Source: Betaproteobacteria bacterium
GTDB taxonomy: Bacteria; Pseudomonadota; Gammaproteobacteria; Burkholderiales; Ga0077523
Reading direction: 5' to 3'
Length of the DNA stretch: 64,000 nt
NCBI GenBank assembly: GCA_025350245.1
Contig: JANXYG010000052.1
Coordinates: forward strand, 12,265 to 76,264
Made by a program: the position numbers and the translations under genes. Of the stretch, positions 7,576 to 17,065 are shown in pieces (position 1 is the first letter of the stretch; the number at the start of each line of letters is the position of its first letter). Under the pieces are notes generated by a model that made no database searches, had not been told where the DNA came from, and saw only the letters and a program-made list of their open reading frames with translations.

Positions 7576-10535
7576 CCTTCTCCACCCAGCGCCCGGTTAC
7601 GGCGGGCGCACCGGACATCGGGGCGAGCACCACCCCGGCACCGCCCGGACGTCTGCCTGTCATCGCTGGCGAATGGATCGACCGGACCAGGCGGCTCGCT
7701 TTCACCTTCGAAGGCAAGGCCTTTTCCGGATTCGACGGCGACACACCATCGAGCGCACTGTGGGCCGCCGGCGTGCGTATTCTCGGTCGCAGCTTCAAGT
7801 ACCACCGCCCGCGCGGTCTGTTGTCGATGGCCAATCACGATATCAACGCGCTGATGCAGGCGGGCCCACGGCTCAATTTGCGGGCCGACGTGGAGCCGCT
7901 CGAGGCCGCGCTGAATCTCACCGCGGTCAACACCCACGGCGGGGTCGACGTCGATCGCGCACGCCTGCTCGGCTGGTTCGGCGGGTTGTTGCCGGTGGGC
8001 TTCTATTACAAGGCGTTCCACAAGCCGAAGGCACTGTTTCCGTTCTGGGAGCGGCTGTTTCGCCGCATCACCGGCCTGGGCCGGGTGGAGTTCGACGCGC
8101 CGCACGTGCGCACCCCGAAGCGCTATGACTTCGCCGACCTGCTGGTGGTGGGAGCAGGGCCTGCCGGCTTGATGGCGGCACTGACCGCTGCGCGCGCTGG
8201 CGCGAAAGTCGTGCTGGTCGACGAGAACGCGCGCATCGGCGGCTCGCTCGGCTACCAGCGCGGCGGCAACGACGACACGCTGGCGCGGCTGCGAGCGCTC
8301 GAATCGCAGTTGGCCGAATTGCCGAATGTCTCGGTACGGACCAGCACTCTCGCTGCAGGGTGGTACGCCGATCACTGGGTGCCGCTGGTCGATGCGAAGC
8401 GCATGACCAAACTCCGCACGCGCGCCGTGCTGGTGGCTGGTGGCGCCTACGAACAGCCGGCCGTATTCCGTAACAACGACCTTCCCGGGGTCATGCTCGC
8501 GTCGGCCGCGCAGCGTCTCATCTACCGCTACGGCGTCAAGCCGATGGACAACGCGGTGGTGCTGACGGCAAATGCCGATGGCTACGTGGCGGCGCTGGAT
8601 CTGCTGGCCCAGGGCATCGGGGTTCCCGCCATCGTCGATCTGCGCCCCGAGGGCGACGCCTCCGACCTGCCGACCCGCGCCAGGCAGCTCGGCATCCAGG
8701 TGCTCGAAGGCCATTGCGTGTTCGAGGCCGAGGGGGGCAATCGCCTGGCCGCGGTGGTGGTGTGCCCGACCGATGCCGATGGCAGGCCGCAGACCTCGGC
8801 ACCGCAGCGCATCGCGTGCGATGGCCTGCTCATGAGCGTGGGCTGGGCGCCGGCCGCACCGCTGCTGTATCAGGCCGGGACCCGCATGGGTTTCGACACG
8901 ACGGTGCAGCAGTTTGTACCCCGCGAACTGCCGGCAGGCATGTTCGCGGCGGGCCGGGTCAACGGCGTGTTTGCGCTCGAAGCCAAGCTGCTCGATGGCG
9001 AACGCGCCGGGGCCGAGGCGGCGCGCTTTCTCGGGTTCGCCGCCACCTCGCGCATCACCGATCGCCCCACTGAAACCACGTCGCCGTCGCACCCGTGGCC
9101 GATCGTGGAACACGCCTCGGGCAAGAATTTCATCGACTTCGACGAAGACCTGCAGTTGCGCGACTTCTACAACGCCGCGCAGGAAGGCTTCGACAATATC
9201 GAGCTGATGAAGCGCTACACGACGGTGGGCATGGGGGCGTCGCAGGGCAAGCACTCGAACATGAACGCCATCCGGATTCTCGCGCGCATCCGTGGCCGCA
9301 CCCCGGGCGACATCGGGACCACCACCGCGCGCCCGTTCTTCCACCCGGTGCCGATGTCGCACCTGGCCGGACGCGGCTTCAGCCCGCATCGCGAGACCCC
9401 GCTGCATTCCCGGCACGAGGCCTTGCGCGCGGTCTGGATGCAAGCCGGCATCTGGCTTCGTCCCGAGTACTACGCCGCGCCGGACAAGACCCGTATCGAA
9501 CTGGTGCGCGAGGAAGCCGCCGCGGTGCGCAAGGCGGTCGGCCTCATCGACGTCGGCACGCTCGGCAAGATGGAGTTGTTCGGTCCCGATGCCGGCGAGT
9601 TCCTCGAGCGTGTCTACACCGCGCGCTTCGCCAACCTGAAGGTCGGCATGACCCGCTATGCGGTGATGCTCGACGAAGCCGGCGTGGTCATCGACGACGG
9701 CGTGGTTGCCCGGCTGGCGCCCGAGCACTTCTATTTCACCACCACGACCACCGGCGCGGCCACGGTCTATCGTGAGCTCCAGCGCCTGAATGCCATGTGG
9801 GGCCTGCGCATCGGCATCGTCAATGCCACCGGCGCCTTCGCGGCGATGAATCTGGCCGGGCCGGGTTCGCGCGCGGTGCTTGCGGGACTCACCGCCCTCG
9901 ATCTTGCAGACGCGGCGTTCCCCTATCTTGCGGTGCGCATCGGCGAAGTCGCCGGTGTCACCTGCCGCCTCATGCGGGTCGGGTTCGTCGGCGAACTCGG
10001 CTACGAGATCCACGTGCCGGCCGATCAGGCGGCAAGGGTCTGGGACGCCATCATGGCTGCCGACGCCGGTGTGCGGCCTTTCGGTGTCGAGGCGCAGCGC
10101 CTGTTGCGTCTGGAAAAGGGCCACATCATCGTCGGCCAGGATACCGACGGTCTGACGCAGCCCGACCAGGCAGGTCTGACCTGGGCGGTCAAGACCGACA
10201 AGCCGTTTTTCGTCGGCAAGCGCAGCGTCGAGATCGTGCGCAAGGGCGCGGTCCGGCAACGTCTGGTGGGATTCGATCTCACGGTCGCACCAGGCGGCCC
10301 CGTGCCCAAGGAATGTCACCTCGTCATCCGCGACGGCAACATCGCGGGCCGGGTCACCAGCATCGCCTGGAGCGACGCCCTTCAGCGTCATATCGGCCTT
10401 GCCTTCGTCGAGCCCGATCTTGCCGTGGACGCCACGCCTTTTTTCATCCGCGCCGACGGTGGCCTGATGGTGCAGGCCAAGGTGGCTCCGACCCCGTTCT
10501 ACGATCCGGCTGGCGCACGCCAGAAGCTGGCATGA
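7572..10535 (+). CDS. mgdC: Sarcosine-oxidase-family alpha subunit
   Basis: 987 aa. LLVVGAGPAGLMAALTAARAG nucleotide-binding fold, and a C-terminal aminomethyltransferase (GcvT-like) folate-binding domain. Confidence 0.9.
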   Translation: MTFSTQRPVTAGAPDIGASTTPAPPGRLPVIAGEWIDRTRRLAFTFEGKAFSGFDGDTPSSALWAAGVRILGRSFKYHRPRGLLSMANHDINALMQAGPRLNLRADVEPLEAALNLTAVNTHGGVDVDRARLLGWFGGLLPVGFYYKAFHKPKALFPFWERLFRRITGLGRVEFDAPHVRTPKRYDFADLLVVGAGPAGLMAALTAARAGAKVVLVDENARIGGSLGYQRGGNDDTLARLRALESQLAELPNVSVRTSTLAAGWYADHWVPLVDAKRMTKLRTRAVLVAGGAYEQPAVFRNNDLPGVMLASAAQRLIYRYGVKPMDNAVVLTANADGYVAALDLLAQGIGVPAIVDLRPEGDASDLPTRARQLGIQVLEGHCVFEAEGGNRLAAVVVCPTDADGRPQTSAPQRIACDGLLMSVGWAPAAPLLYQAGTRMGFDTTVQQFVPRELPAGMFAAGRVNGVFALEAKLLDGERAGAEAARFLGFAATSRITDRPTETTSPSHPWPIVEHASGKNFIDFDEDLQLRDFYNAAQEGFDNIELMKRYTTVGMGASQGKHSNMNAIRILARIRGRTPGDIGTTTARPFFHPVPMSHLAGRGFSPHRETPLHSRHEALRAVWMQAGIWLRPEYYAAPDKTRIELVREEAAAVRKAVGLIDVGTLGKMELFGPDAGEFLERVYTARFANLKVGMTRYAVMLDEAGVVIDDGVVARLAPEHFYFTTTTTGAATVYRELQRLNAMWGLRIGIVNATGAFAAMNLAGPGSRAVLAGLTALDLADAAFPYLAVRIGEVAGVTCRLMRVGFVGELGYEIHVPADQAARVWDAIMAADAGVRPFGVEAQRLLRLEKGHIIVGQDTDGLTQPDQAGLTWAVKTDKPFFVGKRSVEIVRKGAVRQRLVGFDLTVAPGGPVPKECHLVIRDGNIAGRVTSIAWSDALQRHIGLAFVEPDLAVDATPFFIRADGGLMVQAKVAPTPFYDPAGARQKLA

Positions 10536-11200
10536 CCGCCACGATGCGCACGAGTCCGCTCGCCGTTGCGGTTGCCGGTCGCAAGCCCGAACTGCGCGAG
10601 GTGCACGGCATGCCGGTGCCCGCGCGGTTCCCGGGTGAACGCGACACCTGGAAGGCAACGATCGGCATCTGCGACGTGTCGGCGCTGGTGCGTGCCGGCC
10701 TGAAAGGGCCCGGTGCCGAAGCCTGGCTCGCGGCTCGCAACGTGCCGGTCCCGGCGGCGGCCAACAGTTGGACCCATGCCGGCGGCGGACTGGTCGCACG
10801 GCTCGCCCGCACCGAGTTCCTGATCGAAGACGGCTGCGACGACGTCGCGGCCGCGCGACTGCGAGCCGAGCTGCAGGCGGGCGAGCCCGGCGTCTATCCG
10901 GTGATACGCCAGGACTGCGCGCTGGCGCTGGCGGGGGCCGCCGTGAACGAACTCCTGGTGCAGACCTGCAACGCCGACTTCGCCTCGCAATCGGCGGCCG
11001 ATTCCATCGTGACTCTCACCCAGATGGTCGGCGTGTCGGTGACGGTGCTGCGCGACGATCGCGGCACCGTGCCGTGCTACCGCGTCTGGTGCGACGGCAC
11101 CATGGGTCCGTATTTCTGGGAAACGCTCATCGGCATCGCCGAGGAACTCGGCGGTGGTCCGGTCGGCATCGCCAGCTTGTTCGCCGATACCGCCACCTGA
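10532..11200 (+). CDS. mgdD: Sarcosine-oxidase-family gamma subunit
   Basis: 222 aa from ATG 10532 (ATGA overlap with the alpha stop), in the frame of ORF 9797..11200. Size and position fit SoxG. Confidence 0.75.
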   Translation: MTATMRTSPLAVAVAGRKPELREVHGMPVPARFPGERDTWKATIGICDVSALVRAGLKGPGAEAWLAARNVPVPAAANSWTHAGGGLVARLARTEFLIEDGCDDVAAARLRAELQAGEPGVYPVIRQDCALALAGAAVNELLVQTCNADFASQSAADSIVTLTQMVGVSVTVLRDDRGTVPCYRVWCDGTMGPYFWETLIGIAEELGGGPVGIASLFADTAT

Positions 11201-11236
11201 TCCACCCACCACTGCAATCGCGAGGGGAAGCCGCCG

Positions 11237-12571
11237 ATGACACCCGCACAGGCCAGGAAGTTCTTCAAGGACAACGAGATCCGCTACATCCTCGCGCAGT
11301 TCGTGGACATCCACGGCACGGCGAAGGCCAAGGCGGTGCCGGTCGAGCACCTCGACATGGTCCTCGAGAACGGCGCCGGTTTCGCCGGCTTCGCGCTCTG
11401 GGGCTTCGGCATGGGCCCGCACGGCCCGGACTACATGGCGAAGGGCGACCTCACCACGTTGCAGGCGATGCCCTGGATGCCGGGCTTCGCGCGCATGGCG
11501 ACCTATGGCTACACCAACAACAAACCGTACGCGTACGACTCGCGGTACGCGCTCAAGCTGCAGCTCGACCAGCTCACGGCCAAGGGCCTCACGCTCTTCA
11601 CCGGTATCGAACCCGAGTTCATGCTGCTCAAGCGCGCGCCCGATGGCAGCATCGCGCCGTGCGATGACACCGATACCCTCGAGAAGCCCTGCTACGACTA
11701 CAAGGGGTTGGCGCGCAGCGCCGCGTTTCTCGACAAGTTCACGCAGTCGCTGCGCGCGGTGGGCATCGACGTGTACCAGATCGATCACGAAGACGCGAAC
11801 GGCCAGTTCGAGGTGAACTTCACCTACTCGGACGCGCTGACCTCGGCGGACCGCATCATCTTCCTCAAGATGGCAGCGTCGGAAATCGCCCACCAGATGG
11901 GCCTGATCGTGACCTTCATGCCCAAGCCGTTCTCGAATCGCACCGGCACCGGTTCGCACTTCCATCTGTCGATGGGCGACGGCAAGACCGCGAACCTGTT
12001 CCACGACGACAAGGACAAGCAGGGCCTCGGGCTGTCGAAGATGGCGTACCAGTTCCTGGGCGGCCTGCTGGCACACGCGCCCGGCCTGACCGCGCTGTGC
12101 GCACCGACGGTCAACTCGTACAAGCGGCTCGTGGTCGGCCGCGCGCTGTCGGGCGCGACCTGGGCGCCGGCCTACATCGCCTACGGCGACAACAACCGCA
12201 CCTGCATGGTCCGGGTGCCGTACGGGCGCCTGGAACTGCGCCTGCCGGATGGCGCGATCAATCCCTACCTGGTGACGGCCGCAGTGATCGGCGCCGGCAT
12301 GGACGGCATCGCGAACAAGGTCGATCCGGGTGCGCCGGTCAACGAAAACCTCTACGAGTGGTCGCCGAAGCAACTGGCCGACGCCGGCATCAAGGTCCTG
12401 CCGCAGAACCTCAGCGAGGCCCTGGATGCACTCGAAGCGGACGACGTCCTGTGCACAGCGCTCGGTCGCGATCTGGCGGCAGAGTTCATCCGGCTCAAGC
12501 GCATGGAATGGGTGGAGTACTCGCGCCATGTGTCGGCGTGGGAGGTCGAGCGGTACCTTGAATTCTTCTGA
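11237..12571 (+). CDS. gmaS: Glutamine-synthetase-family enzyme, predicted gamma-glutamylmethylamide synthetase
   Basis: 444 aa type-III-like GS fold ([28 protein letters not shown]). Sits between the mgd and mgs genes, as in described NMG clusters. Confidence 0.8.
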   Translation: MTPAQARKFFKDNEIRYILAQFVDIHGTAKAKAVPVEHLDMVLENGAGFAGFALWGFGMGPHGPDYMAKGDLTTLQAMPWMPGFARMATYGYTNNKPYAYDSRYALKLQLDQLTAKGLTLFTGIEPEFMLLKRAPDGSIAPCDDTDTLEKPCYDYKGLARSAAFLDKFTQSLRAVGIDVYQIDHEDANGQFEVNFTYSDALTSADRIIFLKMAASEIAHQMGLIVTFMPKPFSNRTGTGSHFHLSMGDGKTANLFHDDKDKQGLGLSKMAYQFLGGLLAHAPGLTALCAPTVNSYKRLVVGRALSGATWAPAYIAYGDNNRTCMVRVPYGRLELRLPDGAINPYLVTAAVIGAGMDGIANKVDPGAPVNENLYEWSPKQLADAGIKVLPQNLSEALDALEADDVLCTALGRDLAAEFIRLKRMEWVEYSRHVSAWEVERYLEFF

Positions 12572-12665
12572 AATGAAACGTCCACCCCCAGGCTCCGCTG
12601 CGCTACGCCTTCCTCCTCGAGGGGGCCGGTGTCCTCGGGGGGGCCGGTTGTGGGCACCGTGGGAG
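12569..12665 (+). repeat. Structured intergenic repeat, family A (diverged 3' half)
   Basis: The same 12-mer TGAAATGAAACG contains the gmaS stop. It is followed by TCCACCCCCAGGCTCCGCTGCGCTACGCCTTCCTCCTCGAGGGGGCCGGTGTCCTCGGGGGGGCCGGTTGTGGGCACCG. Hairpin 2 stem is CGGTG/CACCG. Confidence 0.85.
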
Positions 12666-12672
12666 ACATGAC

Positions 12673-13569
12673 ATGTGCGGAATCGTAGGACTTCTGATCA
12701 AGAACCCGGCGCTGCGGCCCCGGCTCGGCGAGTTGATGACGCCCATCCTCGATGAGATGGCGGCGCGCGGGCCCGAGTCGGCCGGTCTGGCCGTGTTCAC
12801 CGACCAGCTCAGTGGAGTGCAGCGCAAGTACAGCATCCACGCGCCGATATGGGGCTACGACTGGTCGGGATTCGAGGCGAGATTCATCGAGCGCTTCGGC
12901 ACCGAAGCGCAACTGGCGGTGACGGGCAATCATGCCGTGCTGGTGTGCGACGAGGCGCCCGCCGCGGTCAAGAAATGGACGCAGGAGCACTTCGGGCAAT
13001 TGCACGTGCTCTCCGCCGGCCGTGTGATCGATGTCTACAAGGATATCGGCCACCCGAGCGAGATCGCGCTGCGCTACGACTTTCGCAAGCTGTCTGGCAC
13101 CCACGTCGTCGGGCACACGCGCATGGCTACCGAATCGGCGGTCACGCCGGATCGTGCCCATCCGTTCACCGCGGGCGAGGATTTCTGCCTGGTGCACAAC
13201 GGCACGATCTCGAATCCGTACATGATCCGGCGCAAGCTGGAGCATCGCGGCATCGTGTTCGAGACCGACAACGACACCGAGGCCGCAACCCGGTTCCTCG
13301 AGTGGCGCATGCGCGAAGGCGATTCGCTCGAGGACGCGCTGCGCCAGGGCTTTCGCGAGCTCGACGGCTTCTACACGTTCCTCATCGGGACCGACACCGA
13401 ACTCGCGCTGGTGCGCGATGCCTTCGCCTGCAAACCCGCGATCGTTGCCGAGACTGACGATTACGTCGCCATCGCCTCGGAGTTCCGCGGGCTCGCGCAT
13501 CTGCCGGGCGTCAACAATGCCCACCTCTTCGAACCGATGCCGGAGGAGCTCTACGTATGGAAAGTGTGA
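12673..13569 (+). CDS. mgsA: N-methylglutamate synthase subunit A (class-II glutamine amidotransferase, GltB N-domain-like)
   Basis: 298 aa beginning MCGIVGL (Ntn-type catalytic Cys2). Confidence 0.85.
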   Translation: MCGIVGLLIKNPALRPRLGELMTPILDEMAARGPESAGLAVFTDQLSGVQRKYSIHAPIWGYDWSGFEARFIERFGTEAQLAVTGNHAVLVCDEAPAAVKKWTQEHFGQLHVLSAGRVIDVYKDIGHPSEIALRYDFRKLSGTHVVGHTRMATESAVTPDRAHPFTAGEDFCLVHNGTISNPYMIRRKLEHRGIVFETDNDTEAATRFLEWRMREGDSLEDALRQGFRELDGFYTFLIGTDTELALVRDAFACKPAIVAETDDYVAIASEFRGLAHLPGVNNAHLFEPMPEELYVWKV

Positions 13570-14276
13570 TGCTCGACCGCTCGCCGGCGACCACCCGCAC
13601 CTTCGATCTCGAAGGCGGTTCGACGCGCGAGCTGAACCAGTTTCTGCACACTGACCTGGCGGCGAGCGGCGTGCGGCGGGTCGAGGTTCTCAACCCCAAG
13701 GGGGCCCACAGCATCGCGGTCGGCGTGAACCATCCGGTCGAGATCGACGTGCAGGGCCATGGCGGCTACTACCTCGGCGGCATGAACAAGCACGCCTCGA
13801 TCACGGTTCACGGCAACGTGGGCTGGGGTGTGGCCGAGAACATGATGTCGGGCATGGTGCGGGTGAAGGGCTTCGCGTCCGAATCCGCCGGGGCAACCGG
13901 CCACGGCGGACTGCTGGTGATCGAAGGCAATGCCAGCCTGCGTTGCGGTATCTCGATGAAGGGTATCGACATCGTGGTCGGCGGCGGCGTCGGCAACTAC
14001 TCCGCCTTCATGGCGCAGGCTGGCAGGCTCGTGGTCTGCGGCGACGCCGGCGATGCGCTCGGCGATTCGCTCTACGAGGCTGTTCTGTACGTGCGGGGAC
14101 GGATCAAGTCGCTGGGCGCGGATGCTCGCGAAGAGCCGATGGGCGCCGCCGATATTGCCGGTGTCGGTGACCTGCTGCGGCGGGCGGGCCTCGCCTACGA
14201 CCCGGCAGAGTTCAAACGCGTTGCGTCGGCACGCCAGTTGTATCACTGGAACGCCGATGCCAACCAGGAATACTGA
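13557..14276 (+). CDS. mgsB: N-methylglutamate synthase subunit B (GXGXG-motif, GltB C-domain-like)
   Basis: 239 aa with repeated G-rich beta-helix motifs (GHGGYYLGGMN, GNVGWGVAENM, GGGVGNYSAFM). 13-nt overlap with mgsA. Confidence 0.8.
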   Translation: MESVMLDRSPATTRTFDLEGGSTRELNQFLHTDLAASGVRRVEVLNPKGAHSIAVGVNHPVEIDVQGHGGYYLGGMNKHASITVHGNVGWGVAENMMSGMVRVKGFASESAGATGHGGLLVIEGNASLRCGISMKGIDIVVGGGVGNYSAFMAQAGRLVVCGDAGDALGDSLYEAVLYVRGRIKSLGADAREEPMGAADIAGVGDLLRRAGLAYDPAEFKRVASARQLYHWNADANQEY

Positions 14277-14310
14277 TCCGTACGCGCCGACCCAACCCCT
14301 GAGTGACCAC

Positions 14311-15681
14311 ATGAACAAGCCATTCGATCCCGTTTCCGCCAGCGCTGCGCACCGCATCCAGCGCGAGGAGTCCGCCGGCTACGATCGCCGGGTCATCGAC
14401 TACATCCATCACGCGGCCGCGAGCGGCCTGTACGAGATCCGCGGTCTAGGTGCGAAGCGTCATCTGCCGAGCTTCGACGACCTGGTGTTCCTGGCCGGCT
14501 CCGCCTCGCGGTATCCGCTCGAGGGGTATCGCGAACGATGCACGACCAAGACGGTGCTGGGCACGCGCTTCGCGAAGAAGCCGGTCGAGCTCGATATCCC
14601 GATCACCTTTGCCGGCATGAGCTTCGGGTCGCTCTCTGCGCGGGTGAAGCAGGCGCTCGGTCGTGCGGCGACGGCGCTGGGCACGTCGACGACCACCGGG
14701 GATGGCGGCATGACCCAGGAAGAACGCGAGTCGTCGAAGACGCTGGTCTACCAATGCCTGCCGTCGCGCTACGGCTTCAATCCGGACGACGTGCGCCGCG
14801 CCGACGCCATCGAGCTGGTGATCGGGCAGGGCGCCAAGCCTGGCGGCGGCGGGATGTTGCTGGGGCAGAAGGTCAATCCGCGCGTGGCCAAGATGCGCAC
14901 CCTACCGGAAGGCATCGACCAGCGCTCGGCCTGTCGGCATCCGGACTGGACCGGCCCCGACGACCTCGTGATCAAGCTCAACGAACTGCGCGAGATCACC
15001 GACTGGCAGATACCGATCTACGTGAAGATAGGCGCGACCCGTGTCTACCACGACGTGAAGCTCGCCGTGCACGCGGGTGCGGATGTGGTCGTGGTCGACG
15101 GCATGCAGGGTGGAACCGCTGCGACCCAGACCGTGTTCATCGAGAACGTGGGCATCCCGACGCTCGCGGCATTGCGCCAGGCGGTCGAAGCGCTCGAGGA
15201 AATGGACATGCGTGGCAAGGTGCAACTGGTGATCTCCGGCGGTATCCGTACCGGCGCCGACGTTGCCAAGGCGCTGGCGATGGGCGCGGATGCTGTCTCG
15301 GTCGGCCAGGGCGCGCTCATCGCGATGGGTTGCAACCACGACAGCTGGTTCGGCGATGGCGTGGCGCACTCGGCTGAAAGCGATTATGCGGTGCTCGGCA
15401 CCGCGCCCGGCTTCTGCCATCACTGCCATACCGGGCGGTGTCCGGTCGGCATCACCACCCAGGATGCGCTGCTGGAACAGCGTCTCGAGCCCGCAGTTGC
15501 CGCCAAGCGCCTGAAGAATTACTTCAAGACCATGAACATGGAGCTGACCACCATCGCCCGGGCGTGCGGCAAGTCGAACGTGCACAACCTGGAACGCGAG
15601 GATCTCGTCGCGCTGACGATCGAGGCGGCGGCGATGGCCAACTTGCCGCTTGCCGGCACGAACTGGATTCCAGGAGCCTGA
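14311..15681 (+). CDS. mgsC: N-methylglutamate synthase subunit C (FMN-dependent glutamate-synthase domain)
   Basis: 456 aa from the internal Met (MNKPFDP) of ORF 14053..15681. Motifs GQGAKPGGGG and DGMQGGTAA, and Cys-rich CHHCHTGRCPVGITTQD, are typical of GltB FMN-domain homologs. Confidence 0.85.
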   Translation: MNKPFDPVSASAAHRIQREESAGYDRRVIDYIHHAAASGLYEIRGLGAKRHLPSFDDLVFLAGSASRYPLEGYRERCTTKTVLGTRFAKKPVELDIPITFAGMSFGSLSARVKQALGRAATALGTSTTTGDGGMTQEERESSKTLVYQCLPSRYGFNPDDVRRADAIELVIGQGAKPGGGGMLLGQKVNPRVAKMRTLPEGIDQRSACRHPDWTGPDDLVIKLNELREITDWQIPIYVKIGATRVYHDVKLAVHAGADVVVVDGMQGGTAATQTVFIENVGIPTLAALRQAVEALEEMDMRGKVQLVISGGIRTGADVAKALAMGADAVSVGQGALIAMGCNHDSWFGDGVAHSAESDYAVLGTAPGFCHHCHTGRCPVGITTQDALLEQRLEPAVAAKRLKNYFKTMNMELTTIARACGKSNVHNLEREDLVALTIEAAAMANLPLAGTNWIPGA

Positions 15682-15712
15682 CCAACCGAGGTTCCGAACC
15701 GGAGAACACACC

Positions 15713-16306
15713 ATGTCCGCGAACGAAGCGCAGCTCTACCGATTTCTCGGTACCCGGGTCCGCGAACTCAGGCTCAAGAACGATTTGACCCTGGGCGAGA
15801 CCGCGACTCAGGCGGGCATCAGCCAGGGCATGTTGTCGAAGATCGAGAACGGGCAGGTGGCGATGAGCCTCGATACGCTGGGCAAGGTGGGGCGGGCGCT
15901 CGGCGTGCCGGTGGGAGATCTGTTCCGCGATTTCGATCTGCCGGAGGGCGGTGCGAAGTTCGTCAAGAATGGTGAGGGCATCGAGGTCGTGCGCCGGGGC
16001 ACCCGCAGCGGCCACACCTATCACCTGCTGTCGTACGATAAGGGTCCGCGCCGCAGTTTCGAGCCGTTCCTGGTGACGATCAACGATGCCTCGGAGGTTT
16101 TTCCGAGTTTCGAGCACCCTGGTACCGAGTTCATCTATGTGCTCAAGGGACGCATCGAGTATCGCCATGGCCAGCAGACGTACCTGCTGGAGCGTGGCGA
16201 TGTCCTGACCTTTCGCGGTGATGTGCCCCACGGCCCGGAGAAGCTGCTCGAAACGCCCATCGAGTTGCTGTCGGTCATCGTGTACGGCACGAGTGACTCA
16301 CCGTAG
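15713..16306 (+). CDS. XRE-family HTH plus cupin-domain transcriptional regulator (paralog 1)
   Basis: 197 aa from the internal Met of ORF 15650..16306. The HTH is LTLGETATQAGISQGMLSKIENG; the C-terminal cupin is HPGTEFIYVLKGRIEYRHG..GDVPHG. Architecture resembles PuuR-type amine regulators. Confidence 0.8.
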   Translation: MSANEAQLYRFLGTRVRELRLKNDLTLGETATQAGISQGMLSKIENGQVAMSLDTLGKVGRALGVPVGDLFRDFDLPEGGAKFVKNGEGIEVVRRGTRSGHTYHLLSYDKGPRRSFEPFLVTINDASEVFPSFEHPGTEFIYVLKGRIEYRHGQQTYLLERGDVLTFRGDVPHGPEKLLETPIELLSVIVYGTSDSP

Positions 16307-16334
16307 GGTCGGCGCGTAGCTCGGTGCTATTCGG

Positions 16335-16982
16335 TTAGGACGCCCTGGCCGGGTCCGCGACGCGCCTGCCGAGGAACCCGCCGAGACGCGCCTGGGCCGC
16401 CTGCTTCTCCTCCAGCGACATCTGTTCCTGCACCGGCTCCAGGGCGTTCAGGGCGTGCCCCGCCCCGTGATTCGCGGCGAGCGTCAGCCAGACGAAGGCC
16501 TCGATCCGGTTCTTGGGAACGTCATCGTTGCCGCAGTAGAGATAGCCGAGTCGCGCCTGCGATGGCGTGTGCCCCAGTTCTGCCGCCCGCCGGTACCACG
16601 ATAGCGCGATGTCGACGTTGCGGTCGACGCCCTGCCCCTTCATGTGAAAGACCGCAAGATTGAACATCGCATGCGTGTCGCCCTGTTCGGCGGCCTTCGC
16701 CAGCCACTTGGCGGCGTCCGCAAAACTCTGGTCCACACCCTTCCCGAGCCCGTACATCGCGCCGACGTTGTTCTGCGCGAGCCGGTTGCCGGCCTGGGCC
16801 GAGCGCAGGTACCACTCGAACGCCTTCGCGTCGGAGACCTCCACGCCGAGACCGCCTTCGTAGAGTGTCCCGATCCACGCCTGGCTGTCTGCGTCGCCGT
16901 TCTCGGCCAGCGGCAGCCAGTGCTCCAGCGCCGCCGGGTAGTTGCCCTGGCGATAGTTCTCGAGTGCATGGTCCATGCTCAT
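16335..16982 (-). CDS. Sel1-like (SLR/TPR-type) repeat protein, no signal peptide
   Basis: 215 aa from the internal Met (MSMDHALENY) of ORF 16335..17198. At least four A-x-x-W-(Y/L)-x-x-A-A-x-x-G repeats, e.g. AFEWYLRSAQAGN, AAKWLAKAAEQGD, ALSWYRRAAELGH. GAGG RBS. Confidence 0.75.
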   Translation of the reverse strand: MSMDHALENYRQGNYPAALEHWLPLAENGDADSQAWIGTLYEGGLGVEVSDAKAFEWYLRSAQAGNRLAQNNVGAMYGLGKGVDQSFADAAKWLAKAAEQGDTHAMFNLAVFHMKGQGVDRNVDIALSWYRRAAELGHTPSQARLGYLYCGNDDVPKNRIEAFVWLTLAANHGAGHALNALEPVQEQMSLEEKQAAQARLGGFLGRRVADPARAS

Positions 16983-17016
16983 GTGTTTGCCTCGCTTGAG
17001 TTGGTCTTGTGGTGAA

Positions 17017-17035
17017 CCGGTGCCAATGGCACCGG
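17017..17035. repeat. Perfect 19-nt palindrome (CCGGTGCCAATGGCACCGG) in the intercistronic gap between the RHO-like and Sel1 genes
   Basis: Read directly: 9-bp arms around a single central base. Confidence 0.7.
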
Positions 17036-17065
17036 AGGATTCGATCGCCTGTGCGGCCCGCGACG

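Noticed and set aside
7485-10799. 1104-aa ORF on the minus strand opposite mgdC
   Set aside because: A shadow ORF typical of high-GC DNA. The Arg/Ala/Gly/Pro-rich low-complexity translation has no motifs, while the plus-strand frame encodes a clearly recognisable sarcosine-oxidase alpha subunit.
10499-12529. 676-aa minus-strand ORF opposite mgdD and gmaS. Similar long antisense ORFs occur at 27515..29218, 31543..33282, 43644..45560, 47328..49022, 51808..53385 and 59061..60539.
   Set aside because: Each one overlaps a confidently identified gene on the other strand and translates to R/A/G/P/H-rich sequence without motifs.
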